The notes: a model not told the origin generated them from the sequence alone. A stretch of DNA of 64,000 nt from Azolla caroliniana (GCA_043228905.1 JBHGNT010000022.1:5890001-5954000); one strand, 5' to 3'; positions 14,191-27,426 are shown, counted from the stretch's first letter. Program-made: numbers and translations.

Positions 14191-14623
14191 GGTTGCAAAC
14201 GCCATAGCTTCCTTCTGTGCAGGTTTCGGGAGGCCCGCGCTGCTCTGAGGAATGCCCGAGTGCTTCCGGTAGCACCTCCAACCTACTCATTCCCCTCTGT
14301 GCGTTTACGAGCAGGTATCGGCATCTGTTCGCCAGCCTGTTCGGTTGTAACCGACTTCGTGTTTCGTTGTCTTCGTGTTCTTGTGATTTGTCTTGTCAAT
14401 ACATACATATTTTCGTGTTTTTTTTTCTGTGTCGCTGTCCCACTCGCGTCTTTGCGTCGAAGGGACGTGTCCCTGTGAATCTACGCTCGCACGTAATGGG
14501 TCTCTCTCTCTCTTACTCTTCGGTACAGGACCCCCGAGGTCCCGCCTCACTCCACGCATCCGCGAGGAATACCTCGACATATTTGGTGAACCCGATGTGA
14601 AAGAGGCGGCAGAAGAGCAGAAG

Positions 14624-16750
14624 ATGAGGGGGTCGGATCTTGCAAAGGCCATGGCTTCGGCCGTGGATCGGATATTGAGCACACGCGAGGGCACCGGTGC
14701 CCTCGACAGAGCTATTGAGGCGGTCGTCGGTACGATCGGCCGTTTCAGCGGAAAGGATGCTACGAAGTATTTGGCGTCCTACGAGGCGGAAATGCTGATG
14801 CGGGACATTCCGGAAGAGAGGCGTCTTGCCGGGTTCCCTCGAGTGGCGATGCCGAGCATCCATGCGGAGGTGCTCGAGGTACGGGCGGAGAGCCGTACCT
14901 AGGAGGAGTTCGAAGGCCGACTCCTAGAGAAATATGGGCTGGACGACGCGCTCCGGCTTTCGAAACGGGACTTCATGGAATGGGTGGAGTCCCCCGGCAA
15001 AGGAAGAAACGCGTCGGCACTCCTCCGGGAGTTCGAAGAACGCTTTGCGCGCCTTTCGGCGCTTGACCGAACCATTCTGGATACGAGCCGGGTCCTACTG
15101 TTCGTCAAGTCGGTGGACGAGCGGGACTGGGATCAAGTCGGCTCCTTGCTGGAAACTGAAGACGGGCTGACAACCGACTGGGCTGCGGTTAAGAGAGTCT
15201 GTGGCCGTTTCGACAAACGGCGAGAATGGGCTGACAACTGGGCAGCCGGTGCGGGCTCTGTTACAGCAAGGAGGCTTGAACCGGCACCGCAAGTGCGAAG
15301 GGAAGAAACCCGGGAATGGCTCGAAACCGGTCCGGCTTCGACCAGCATGGTCAATGGCTCGTCCGGAGGAGCAGCGCTAGAGGAGTTGACGCGGGCGATA
15401 AAGGATCTCCAGATCGCCCAGACTCGAAGGGAAGGCGGCGAACCGGCTCGTGACCGACGGCCGGCAACGGGGAACAAGTGCATGTGGTGCGACGAGGTCG
15501 GCCACATTCGGAAGGACTGCGGCGATTTCGCAAAGGCGTTGAGAAACCGGGTGGTGTACCTGTGGGAAGGCCGGGTGCACGCTGGCGACACCAGGAGGGC
15601 CCTGAGCCGAAACGACGGGCGAGGAGGTATGAAGAGACTGATGGAAGAGGCAGCGGCCCGACACGTGGAGGCCATCCACTACTCGGCGTCAGCCGGTATT
15701 CGGGTCGGGGGCAGCGAGGCCCGAAAGGAGAGTAAAGACGGTTTCTGGTCGGCAATGCTGGAAGGCCTCGCCGGCGCGCGGCTGAGGAAAGATGAAACGG
15801 ACCGCGCTGAGAGACGGGTCCGGGAAATAACCGGGTGGAGCGATCCGGTCGAGGAGAAGACGGGCTTCGTAGAAGCCGCTTGCCGGAACTACGAGGCTCT
15901 GGTAGAAGAAAAACGAGTGGGGAAAGCCGGAGCGGCCGGGCCCTCACAACGGTACGAGACCCGATTCAGGCAACGACGGAACGATGCCGGTGGGCCCGGC
16001 CCGCAAGATAACCCCAGGAAGGGCGGGTACCGACTGGGGACAGAAATAGAAAGGACTACGGACCTACGAAAGGTCCTAGAAGAACGGATCCTCGACAGCA
16101 AAGTGGAGCTATCATTACGGGAGGTGCTAGGGATCGCCAAGAAGGAGTTCCACGACTCCATTGTAGACTTGGTGAAACGGAAGAGACTGTCGACGGAGAC
16201 GGAACCGGAAAGACCGGTGGAGGTGCGGACGACGCACATCGACGACTCGGCGCTGGAAGATGAGTGGGCGGAGAGCCACTATTCGAGGCCAGACTGGGCC
16301 CGAGCGACCACGGAGACCCCGGTAAAAATCGGAGGTGTTCAGGAACCGGTGGTGGCGTTGGTGGACCACGGTTCGGAAATAAACCTAATGTCCATGGACT
16401 TCTATAAGAAGGGAAAGTGGCCGATCAACACGAGGCACGGGTGGAAGATACGGGCGGCGACGCGCGCCACCGAGGAACTGCACGGGGCTTGCCCGAATGT
16501 GCGAGTAAAGATCGGCGACGTCGAGATTGACCAGCACTTCTTCGTACAGGAGACGTCCTCGCATCCGGTCATATTAGGGGAACCATACATCACGGCGGCG
16601 AGAATGGAGAACAAGGTGCTGGACAACGGTTCGGCCTACGCGAGGGTCAAAAGCCAGGACGGGCTCCATTCGGTTCAGTTTCTGACGGTGCGGCCGAACC
16701 ACGAGAGAAACCGTGAATCCCTCGGTGGCGAGAACCGGGAGGATTTTTAG
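14624..16750 (+). CDS. Gypsy ORF1: Gag + CCHC zinc knuckle + aspartic protease (one premature TAG at 14900)
   Basis: CMWCDEVGHIRKDC knuckle and LVDHGSEIN protease motif. ORF-track pieces 14393..14902 and 14975..16750 are in the same frame. Confidence 0.88.
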
Positions 16751-19700
16751 AGAGGGCTGCCAAGGCGTGGGGCCGAGACAGTCCGGACACTCGGGAAAGA
16801 CCCCACGATTGTACGATAGGTAGGAGATTTTGCTTCTCCGACAACGGAGGGTGTATGATAGTCGGCATCGTTGGTCGAGAAAAGACAAGGGCGGAAGAGC
16901 GACTTCGAGCGTGCGGAGTTCTCGGCCCGGACGAGGAAATCAGCGGAGCCGTGGAGGCGGTCTCCTTCGACGACACCTTGCGGATGCTGAGGAAGGTAGC
17001 CGGAGAAGACCTTAACGAAGACCGGACGATACCGGTATGTTCCGAAAAGATGTACGAAGTCATCGCGAACTTCAGTCGGGGGCTCGGGTCGGATCGGACG
17101 GCCCGGGTTAGCACGAGGTACAAGACTGTGGACCGGAAGGTAAGGCTAGTCGCGGCACCCTTGCCGGAGGGCAGCGAGTCCCGAATCAGAGGGGTGGCGT
17201 CGGACCCCAGTTTACGAGATCCAGCCTGCATAGGACACACCTTCACCGACGGAACGCTCCGGGAGCTCAAAATCGGTGGGGGCGGGTTCCTACTGCCGGC
17301 GGAGGAAGACCGGTTTCGGAGAATGCTCGGAAGGCACGGGAAAGCCTTTGCATTCTCACCGGAAGAGATCGGGTGCGTAGACCCGACGATCGTGGAGCCG
17401 ATGGTGATATTCATGGTACCGCATGTACCGTGGAATCTCAAGCCGATTCCAGTACCGAGAGCTCACATCCCGAAGTTGATGGAGCTATTGAGGCAGAAAG
17501 TCGATATGGGTATTCTCGAACCGTCGAGCGCGCCATACTCGAACCGATGGTTTACCGTACCAAAGAAAAACGGAACATTGCGCTTCATTCAGGACCTGCA
17601 GCCGGTCAACAGAGTGACCATCCGGAACGCAGGAATCGGACCGACCATAGACGAGTTCGCGGAGGCCTTCGCCGGAAGGTCGATTTACTCGGTCGGTGAT
17701 CTGTACTCGGGGTACGACCAGTTCCAGCTAGCCGTGGAGAGCAGAGACATTACGACGATGCGAACTCCCCTCGGCCTAGTGCGAATGTGTACCCTGCCAC
17801 AAGGAGGGACCAACTCGGTGGCCCACATGGTGAATGCAATGAACAAAGTACTGAGGGATTGCATCCCGGACATCACCATGCCATTTCTAGACGACATCCC
17901 CATAAAGGGGTGCCCGGTGGAAGAGAAGGACAAGACACTCGGGCCGGACGGATGCCGGCGATTCGTAGCAACACACATCGACGACTGCGAGAAGGTGCTA
18001 CAAAGGCTAGAGGATGCGAGGCTCACCTTCTCCGGGGAGAAATCGGCCTTCGGGCAATCAGAAATCCTGGTGGTCGGGCATCTATGTGGACCATATGGCC
18101 GGAAGCCGTCTCCGGCAAAGGTAGAAGCCATCTCCGCGATGAAGACCGACTGTAGCTCGGTTACGGAAGTTCGGAGGTTCCTGGGGGCATGCGCATTCTA
18201 CCACATATGGATCCCGCATTACGCCCACGTTGCGGAGCCGCTATACGGGTTGCTGAAGAAAGGGCGAAAATTCGAGTGGCGAGACGAGCACACGGAGTTG
18301 GTCCGGAAGCTGAAGGAAGCTCTTGCGGCAGCACCGGCGCTCCGGAAGGCTGTCTACGAGAAGGGTACCCCGGTATACATAACGGTGGATACGAGTCCGA
18401 CCGGGATCGGATGGGTCGTCAACCAAGAAGACGGGAACGGCACCCGATTCCCGATCCGATTCGGCGCTAAGGTCCTCAGTGAACGACAGCGAGGGTACGC
18501 CCAGGTTAAACGCGAACTCTGGGGTATCGTTTCGGCAGTAAAGGCCGACAAAGATTACCTGATTGGGATAGAAGTGATTATCGAGACGGATTGCCTGCCG
18601 ATTCTCGGCATGGTTTCCGGATGCGCGACACCGGACTTGGCGATGCTCAGGTGGATAGCGTACATCAAGTCCCTGGACCCGGAGATACGACACATTTCCG
18701 GAAAGGACAACGCCATGGCCGACATGCTTTCGAGGGCGAGGTTTGATGACGAGGGCGGCATGGTTTCGGAGGACGAAGAAGTCGGCGTGGACTTCTTCAA
18801 GGCGGCGTACGTGACGACCGATGGGATGAGCACTCCGGCACTTAACGACTTCGACGAGAGCAAGTACGACGGCGAGTGGCTCCAGATCGGTGGATTCTTG
18901 AGGACAATGACGCCGGATGCATCATGGACGAAGGACGAGGCCAACCGGATCCGGAAGAAAGCTTACCGATTCTTTCTCCGGGACGGATACTTATGGAAGC
19001 ACCCGAAGAAGAGGGACGGCGCTCCGCTCCGGGTGGTGGCGATGAAGGAAGAATAGGAGGAGCTGCTGACGGCCTACCACGACAGCCCTTGGGCCGGACA
19101 TCGTGGAACCTGGGCCACGTTCGAGAAGATAAAGGGGAAGTACTGGTGGCCGGGACTGTATAGGGACATGCATCGATTCGTGACAACTTGCGAGAGCTGT
19201 CAGATGCACTCCATAGTCCGACACCGGGACGAACTTCACCCTACGTACCCTCCGACCATCCACTTCAAATGGATGGTAGAACTGGTAACGATGCCGATAG
19301 GAGTAGGACAGATGCGGTATCTGGTCCTGGCTCGGGAAGATCTAACGAACCAGGTGGAAGGCCGGGCCCTTCAGAACAAAACGACTGCGGCCGTATGTCG
19401 GTTCCTGCTCGAGGACGTAATATGCCGGTACGGGTGCGTCGGGAAGATCGTGGCTGATCGCGGGGAGTTGGACGCCGAAGAGGCCGAGGAGCTGTGCGAC
19501 CGGTTAGGGGTCAAGCTCTCGCTTACCACTGCGTACAATCCAGAGGCAAATGGGAAGGTGGAGCGCGGACACGGACCGATCGTCAAGGCGTTAGTTCGGG
19601 CATGCGGAGGTCGAGTCGGGAACTGGCCGCGGCTACTGCCTTACGCGTTGTGGGCTGACCGGACTACGCACAGTTCGGTAACCGGATTCATGCCGGCAGA

Positions 19701-20214
19701 GCTCATGTTTGGGCAAAAGCCGATCATGCCGATCGAATGTACGGTCTCCTCATGGGCAACCGTGGACTGGAGAGACGAGATGAGCCGGGAGGAACTGTTG
19801 ACGGCGCGCATACGACAACTCGAGCGGAGACCGGAGGACGTGGAGCAGGCTGCAGAAAAGCTTCGGGTGGCGAGGACGAGGAACAAAGCCCGGTTCGACC
19901 GGACGCACCGGCTCCGACTGAAGAAGATCGAGGAAGGCGACTGGGTGCTAGTCTACGACAGCAGCCTCGATAACCAGCACCGAGCGACACGGAAGTTCGC
20001 AAGAAGGTGGTTCGGGCCTTACGTGGTACAAAGCGCCAACGACAACGGGACGTACCATCTGGCGGAACTCGACGGTACGAGAATGGCGATACCGGTAGCT
20101 GGGAAGCGGATCAAGACGTTCAAGAAGCGTCACGACGACGAGCCGGATCCGGTTGACTTGGACCGCGACTTCGAGCGATCCGAAATCGAGGAAGAACCGA
20201 CGGGCGGAGAATGA
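16747..20214 (+). CDS. Gypsy ORF2: RT-RNase H-integrase in the -1 frame (one premature TAG at 19054)
   Basis: DLYSGYDQ, LPQGGTNS and FLDD (RT); TVDTS and YAQVKRE (RNase H); CESCQ, ADRG and NGKVERGH (integrase); WFGPY (GPY/F). The frame is open from the slippery site at 16741 to ATG 16855. Confidence 0.9.
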
Positions 20215-20514
20215 AGGCTGGACCGGTTTTCTCCGTCCCAACACAATTTGGCGCATGTCGGTGGATGCGCGGTTAGGTGGGGGCGGATGTCGTGAAGAAA
20301 ACCGTCCACAAGCGGAATCGGTGTACCGGAGCGTAGGAACCGACTCTTCATGCACGTGCGCCTTATGTTGTACATAGGAGATCCTAGGTAGATTCGGTAG
20401 GTAGGAAGTAAAGGGGAAACGGCTCCTTCCTTGCCTATAAAAGGAGGGAGACGAGGAGGGTAGAAGGGATCGCGGAGAGGCCAGGACGAAGTGTTGTCGG
20501 TTTGCGTGCGAAGG

Positions 20515-20551
<37 letters not shown>

Positions 20552-23500
20552 GGTTGCAAACGCCATAGCTTCCTTCTGTGCAGGTTTCGGGAGGCCCGCG
20601 CTGCTCTGAGGAATGCCCGAGTGCTTCCGGTAGCACCTCCAACCTACTCATTCCCCTCTGTGCGTTTACGAGCAGGTATCGGCATCTGTTCGCCGGCCTG
20701 TTCGGTTGTAACCGACTTCGTGTTTCGTTGTCTTCGTGTTCTTGTTGTTTGTCTTGTCAATACATACATATTTTCGTGTTTTTTTTTCTGTGTCGCTGTC
20801 CCACTCGCGTCTTTGCGTCGAAGGGCCGTGTCCCTGTGAATCTACGCTCGCACGTAGTGGGTCTCTCTCTCTCTTACTCTTCGGTACAGGACCCCCGAGG
20901 TCCCGCCTCACTCCACGCATCTGCGAGGAATACCTCGACAACGTGACCCCCAACATTGAATGGTTCTCGAACTATTCAGCCGACGCCAGCGGCACAGTCC
21001 GACTGGGAAACGGGCAAGAGTGCAAGATAGCCGGAACCGGGGAGGTTCCCATCAGATTGCCAAATGGCAACACAATAACCCTACATTGAGTTCGGCATGT
21101 ACCCGGTCTAAAGAGGAGTCTGGTCTCCATCGACATGTTAGCCGAAGACGGATATCAAACGACTCTACACGAGTCGACATGGGTGATCAGTTGAGGAAAC
21201 CTCAAAATCAGTAGTGGGCACAAGTATAATAATCTATACCCATTGATGGCGATCAACCCTGAAGGGGTCGTGAACATAGCCGAGAAAACCAACCCAAACT
21301 TATGGCATGGCCGACTTGGCCACATGTCTCAAGTCAGACTTGATCAGCTGATGTCGGTCGGCTACATTCCGAAACTCCAGGCAAAGACGGACTTTTGCGA
21401 GCATTGTCATTATGGGAAACAGACCTGAAGTCTGCACTATCTCCATTACAAGATGGTACGATAACCCCTAGAGCTCGTGCACACAAAAATATGTGAGCCC
21501 ATGCCAGAGCGATCACTAGGAGGCGCTCCCGGTACTTCATCACATTCGTAGATGACCGTACACGGAAAGTTTGGGCATACTCCATCAAGTCCAAAGATGA
21601 AGCGCTCGAGGTCTTCACTCGATGGATATCTGAAGTGGAGAACTGGTCGGGATATAAAGTGAAGACACTCTGATCCGACAACGGAGGTGAGTACACCTCT
21701 TCAAACAATACCTGTCCGGAAAAGGGATCCGACACCAAAAGACCGTTCCCTACACACCCATGCAAAATGGAGTGGCAGAACGGATCAACAGGATGATCCA
21801 GGAGAGGGTGACGGCAATGCTCCAGCAAGCCGGACTAAAGCTGGAATTCTGGGCTGAGGCATTGCAGACGGCCATGTACTTGATAAATCAGTCGTCGTCA
21901 AGAGCAATCAGGCTCGAAGTGCCACAGGCACTATGGTCAGGCAAACAACGGACCTACGATAGGCTCCGTATATTCGGATGTGAAGCCTATGCCTTCATCC
22001 CAAGGGACAAAAGGACGAAGTTGGCACCCCATGCAACAAAGTGCATATTTCTCAGTTATGGAACCGATGGGGACTTCGGCTACCAGCTATGGGACCCTGA
22101 GAACCAAAAATTGATCCAAAGCAGCGACGTAGTCTTCAATGAAGACTCTATCTTCTCTCAGCAGAACCAACAGAAAAAAGTTGGGAAGAAGGTATCCTTC
22201 GAAGATGACAACACTGTCGTAGAAGGACCGACCCAATGGGCCGAATCGGAGACTCGACAAACAATCAAACTCCAACAACCTGCCAACTTCCCTGTCGACA
22301 CCGAATCGGCAACAAGTCCTATCATCGAACTCAAAGACAAAGCCTTCAAAGACACAGCCGAATAAACAAGGATCGATCAAGGCAAAGTCACCAAGAGACA
22401 AGTTAGAAAAGAGTCGACGACAACCACAGGGGAGGATAACCAGACACCACCGAAATCCCAAACTGAGGGCGGGACACCTAACAAGACTCCTGACACAACT
22501 GGTTCAACAAATACCGAGCGTCAATTGGAACCGATCGAAGGATCTGAACCAGATATTATGGCACCCAGGAGATCTAGACGAGCTCGAAGGCAAACAGAGT
22601 TTTATCAACTAGGCCTCGACTATGTCAACTACACGGATGCAAGTGAACCAAGCACGTATGAAGAAGCTATGGCCGCACCGGACGCTGAAACATGGCTACA
22701 AGCCATGAAATCCAAAATGGACTCGATTCGTCATAATCAGACATGGGAGCTGGTCAAAGTACCAGCTGGAAGGAAGCTGCTACCTTGCAAATGGGTTTTC
22801 CGATACAAGTATGTATCCGACTCAGAGAAACCCAAGTACAAAGCTCAACTTGTCGCAAAGGGATTCAAACAGGAATACGGGGTCAACTACGACGAGATAT
22901 TCTCACCAATAGTCAAGATGAGCACCCTCCGACTCCTACTAGGAGTCGTGGTGACAGAAGATCTAGAGCTTAAGCAAATGGACGTAAAGACGACATTCCT
23001 ACACGGAGATCTAGAAGAAGACATATACATGTCTCAATTGGTAGGCTTCACTGCGACGAGGGATGACAGTCACCTCGTATGTTGACTAAAGAAAATTCTA
23101 TATGGCCTAAAACAAGCACTGAGAATGTGGTACTAGAAGTTTGAGTCCTACATACGGCACCTTGGATACAACAGAACAGACTCCAACCCATGCATGTATG
23201 TTCGGCAACTGGCCGACGAGTCAAGGATCTATCCGATTCTATACGTCAACAACATGTTGATTGTAGGAAGTAATCAAGCAGAGATCGGTAAGTTGAAGCG
23301 GAGCCTTCACGCAAAGTTCGCAATGAAGGAACTCGAACAAGCCCGACACATATTGGGCATGAGGATAGAGCAAAATCGGACGACCAAAACTCTCTGAATC
23401 TCCCAGTCTGAATACATCCGCAAGGTGCTGAAGCGCTTCAATATGGATAATGCGAAGCCAGCACTGACACTGCTTTCGACGTCGATCAAACTATCAGACA

Positions 23501-24690
23501 GAGACTCTCCTACAATGGACAAGGAGAGAGAGCTTAATGGAAAGATACCCTGCGCATCGGCGGTAGGAAATATCATGTACACAATAGTGGCGACCCGACC
23601 CAACCTAGCCTATGTCGTAGGGGTGGTCAGCCGGTACATGTCAAAGCCAAGAAAAAGCATTGGTAGGCCGTCAAGCACATCCTTAGGTATCTAAAAGGAA
23701 CCCTGGATGCATAGTTGACTTTCGGACTGACAACCTCAGCCAAAGTCGAAGGCTACACTGATTCCGACTATGCTAGAAACACAAATGATTGGAAATCGAC
23801 ATCAGGCTATCGTGGTGGTGCGATATCATGGAGGTTGAAACTTCAAGATTGCACGACTCTGTCTACCACAAAAGCCGAGTACATAGCAGCATCGGAAGCA
23901 ACGAAGGAATCGACCTGGCTGCACCGACTGACTGCCGACTTCGGAACTGCAAACCGAAACGACCGACCAACGCCGACCATCTATTGCGACTCACAAAGCG
24001 CAATACACCTCATCAACAATCCCGTCTATCATGTGAAGATGAAGCACATTGAGGTGCGGTATCATCATATCCGGGAGCTCATGAGCGAGAAGAAACTTGA
24101 AATCCGAAAGATTGACACCGAGGTGAACATCGCCGATTGCCTGATGAAGCCACTCCTAGATCAATGCTTCGGAACACTAAGGATGAAGATGGGGCTACGA
24201 CAAGCAACGAAGCAAAAGAAAGCCGAACGAGGAGTAGAAGGTAAGAGTTGACCAACACTCATACTATACCTCTGCCGACTCGGTTGTTTGCCACAGACTT
24301 GTAACATAAAATCTAGTTAAATTTGTAATCTAGGTTTACAGGGGAGATAACCCCAAGCACTTGTACATGCAAGAAAGAGTAGTCCTTTTACGGGGGAGTT
24401 TGTTGGCATAAAAGGCCGACTCCTTCCAAATTGTATATGTTCGAGTGTGAACTCATTAATAAGTTAGGGCTTAGTATATAAGTGAATACCTAACATTGTA
24501 ATGAGTGATGACGAGAAGAGTATTGTATCTCTGAGAGAGAACGAAGTAATAAGACGCTTTCCATTAAAGCCCGATCTACTGTCTAAGTCTCGATTCACTG
24601 TATTGTCTGTGTGTTGTTTTCTGTGCATAAGCGAATAGGTCCGCAAACGTTTTCCGCATACGTATACATATATATATACATAGATCCACA

Positions 24691-26281
24691 AGTTAACAAA
24701 GCCAAGCGACTTAAAGCCATTGAACTTTTGCATCCCTTGGATATTCCCAACAATAAGTGGGAAAGTATATCCATGGATTTTATTGTTATCCTTCCTCACA
24801 CCCAAAAAGGCCATGATGCCATCTAGGTTGTGATTGATCGACTAACTAAAATGGCCAGGTTCATTGCCACAAAAACCACGATAACAACTCCTGAATTGGC
24901 TTACCAATTCGTTGACGAATTATTTTGTTTTATGGGTTACCGATGGATATCGTGCATGATCGATATCCAAAGTTTACTAGCAACTTTTCGACGCAAGTCT
25001 TTAAGAAGTTAGAAACTACTTTGACCATGAGCGCCACGGATCATCCTCAATCTGATGGACAGAAAAAACGAGTAAATCAAATTATTGAGGACATTCTTCA
25101 AGCATATGTTGGTGCAAAGCCAACAAAGTGGGAACGTTATCTCCCAATTTTGGAGTTTGCTTATAACAGCTCCAAGCATACATCGATGGGATATAGTCCT
25201 TTTATGTTGATGTATGGTTTTCAGCCATTGATGTTAATATATATCATGATGAGTTGCGAAGTATGCAAAACTTTCTTCAGGATATGCAAGATATGTTGCA
25301 TATTGCACGAGATAATATAAAAACAACTCAAGATAGAGCTTGTTTTTATGTCGATCATAATAAGCAACCTCGTGTATTCAACCCTGGACAGAAGGTATTT
25401 TTATGTGTACCTCACAATTCTAAGACATTGTCTACAAGTAAGTACACTAAGTTAGCCCCATGGTTTTGTGGACCTTTTACAGTCCTCAAACGCATTGGTT
25501 CATCTGCCTATCATCTCGCTCTTCCTAATGGCGTCAAAATCCATCCAGTTTTTCATGTAAGTCGTCTAAAAGAACTTCTTGGTTCTAGCGACAATACAAT
25601 TACAACTGAAACTCTGGTTACTTCTGAAGAATTATCTTCTAAACCACATGTGCCAGAAAGAATTCTCGTTGTTAAAACAAAACATTTACATTCTAAAATA
25701 ATCTGAGAATTTAAAATTAAATGGATGGATAAGTATATCAAAGATGCTACATGGGAACTCGAAAATACTCTTAGCACTAACTTCCCTAACTTTCCATTGC
25801 AAGAGTGCAATGTTTTAAAGAGGGGGAGTATGTTACGGGCATGTCCATATAATATCCCATGGTAAGTTTTATCGTAGTATACTATACACGTGGATAAAGT
25901 GTGAGGGTTAAACGAGAGTGTAAAGAAGGGAAGGATTACTTTTAATCCTTGGGATGGAGACAACCCATTAAGGCCAAGTGTGAATTTGCCTGGGGGGCCT
26001 TAGGTCTGGCTATAAATATGAGGCATGTCTACCCTCATTTGACATCTCTTGACTACGTCGAGACTCTGTCCTTGTGGTGGATCATACTCTTGTAGCGAGT
26101 GCGCCAGTACTAGGTACGACTCGACGCCATGGCGGTGGTATGGGGCACTGATCGAGGCTTGACTATGTCTCAATCCCTAGGGGTTATCGGGTGGATAGGC
26201 ACTCTTCTTTCGCTCTCCTCACTTAAATTTTTTATCTATTATATCCTTATCTCATGCTTACATTAAGATCTAGCTCTAACA
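24691..26281 (+). mobile_element. 3' part of a chromoviral Ty3/Gypsy (integrase core, chromodomain, PPT, 3' LTR 25831-26281)
   Basis: KWESISMDFI, HPQSDGQ, GPF, IHPVFHVS; chromodomain-like KIKWMDKYIKDATWE; PPT gagggggag; LTR TGTTA...TAACA. Confidence 0.85.
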
Positions 26282-27072
26282 TAGCCAAAGGCCGGATTGA
26301 AGACGAATCAAAGACATCTGATTTGGTCGAAAGGAATGATTTGGATGAGCCGAATCATATGAAAGTCAAACAGATGAGGAGGCATCCGAAGTCGACGCCG
26401 ATATGGAGGAGCCGACGGGTCAAAGGTCACCAAATCCGTTGAGGGAAGGAGAAGGTCGTCGATGGCCTTGGGAGTAAATAAGCCGACCGAACGGGTCGAG
26501 GAGTGCGGAACTAGATGGGGCATGGAGTGTGGGCCAAGAGGCAAGGTGGCACAAGGAGTCGAGGCGAAGAACCGGCCGAGCAGAAGGATGAACCTCAACT
26601 TGAGCTTGAGGGGGAGTGTTGAAAGACAAGTTCAACATTAAGTTGAACCAGCTGAAGAAGCCGATAGTCAAATCGGTTAGGAGGATCAACTGGAGGCCGA
26701 ATACTCGATAAGCTGAAGAAACCAACAGCTGGATCGGCTAGGAGAGTCGACATGCCGTTAGTGGCCTTTATTCCTATTCTTAGTAATAGGAATGTTTGGT
26801 ACAGTCACTGTCAGATGTTCTTCTATGAGCATTAAAGTACTGGGCAGTACTTGTGTCAGCCCACTATCAAGGCTTGTATAAAAGTACTCACTAAGCACAG
26901 TTTTATGTACAAAGTGTTATTATCTTGAATTAAGTTTTGATGTTTGCTCTCTCTGTCTTTCTCTCACATATTGCGTACTCTCTCCCTCTCTGTGTATACC
27001 TAACTGCCTTCTGGTGTTCGACTAGTAGGTTGTGTCTTCTGTACAAGCTTCCGCATACTCTATTCTTTTACA
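26282..27072 (+). mobile_element. 3' end of a Copia-type element: PPT and LTR 26617-27072
   Basis: cttgagggggag|TGTTG...TTTTACA; similar to the LTRs at 5247 and 47932. Confidence 0.7.
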
Positions 27073-27426
27073 ACACTCAATCAGTTATTCGGCTTTGGCT
27101 ATCTGGACCACTTTCAAACTTCGTCCGGCACCTGGCTAACAAAACTTGATTCGGCCTTCCAGCCCTTTCACACTCTAGTCGTCTACTTCCTCTCTTTACA
27201 CCCTCAATGGGCAACATACATGAGGGCCACCCACGATACAAGTGTGGGAGGAAGTCCATGATACAAGTGTGGGAGCAAGTTCATGATGTGAGGCCATGAG
27301 ATGGTACTACAAGTTCAAATTCAAGCCCACAAGAGATAAGTAATAGAATTCATGGCAAGAAAACAACAAAGATGAGTGAAAATTTTCAACGATGGGAAAA
27401 TCAAGACAATCTTGTCTTGACTAGTG

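Larger units (their letters stand above)
13925..20940 (+). mobile_element. Young near-intact Ty3/Gypsy element, tRNA-Trp primed, 4-bp TSD ACGT
   Basis: LTRs 13925-14579 and 20288-20940 differ by about 7 substitutions plus one CT unit. PBS 14584-14601, PPT 20271-20287, TSD acgt at 13921-13924 and 20941-20944. Removing it restores the host frame FHVTPNIEWF. Confidence 0.96.
12548..24690 (+). mobile_element. Ty1/Copia element (Tnt1/Tork-like), degenerate, carrying a nested Gypsy
   Basis: LTRs 12548-12845 and about 24402-24690 (TGTTGGCATAAAAGG...GATCCACA), PBS tggtatcagagc, PPT gggggag. gag starts MASTSGTRVEIRKFDGKNFALWK; WLLDSGATFHVT protease; LWHGRLGH; QNGVAERINR integrase; QMDVKTTFLHG RT; KHIEVRYH RNase H. 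Confidence 0.93.

Noticed and set aside
14900-19056. TAG codons at 14900 and 19054 as programmed read-through sites
   Set aside because: Both fall mid-domain and are more simply explained as single transitions (TGG or CAG to TAG) after insertion.
15095-20651. Many antisense and alternate-frame ORFs over the GC-rich Gypsy element
   Set aside because: Expected from high GC content and few stops; no recognisable motifs.
9069-26281. LTRs at 9069 and 25831 as the two ends of one chromovirus
   Set aside because: Only short motifs are shared, the TSDs do not match, and host Gypsy pol resumes at about 10600.
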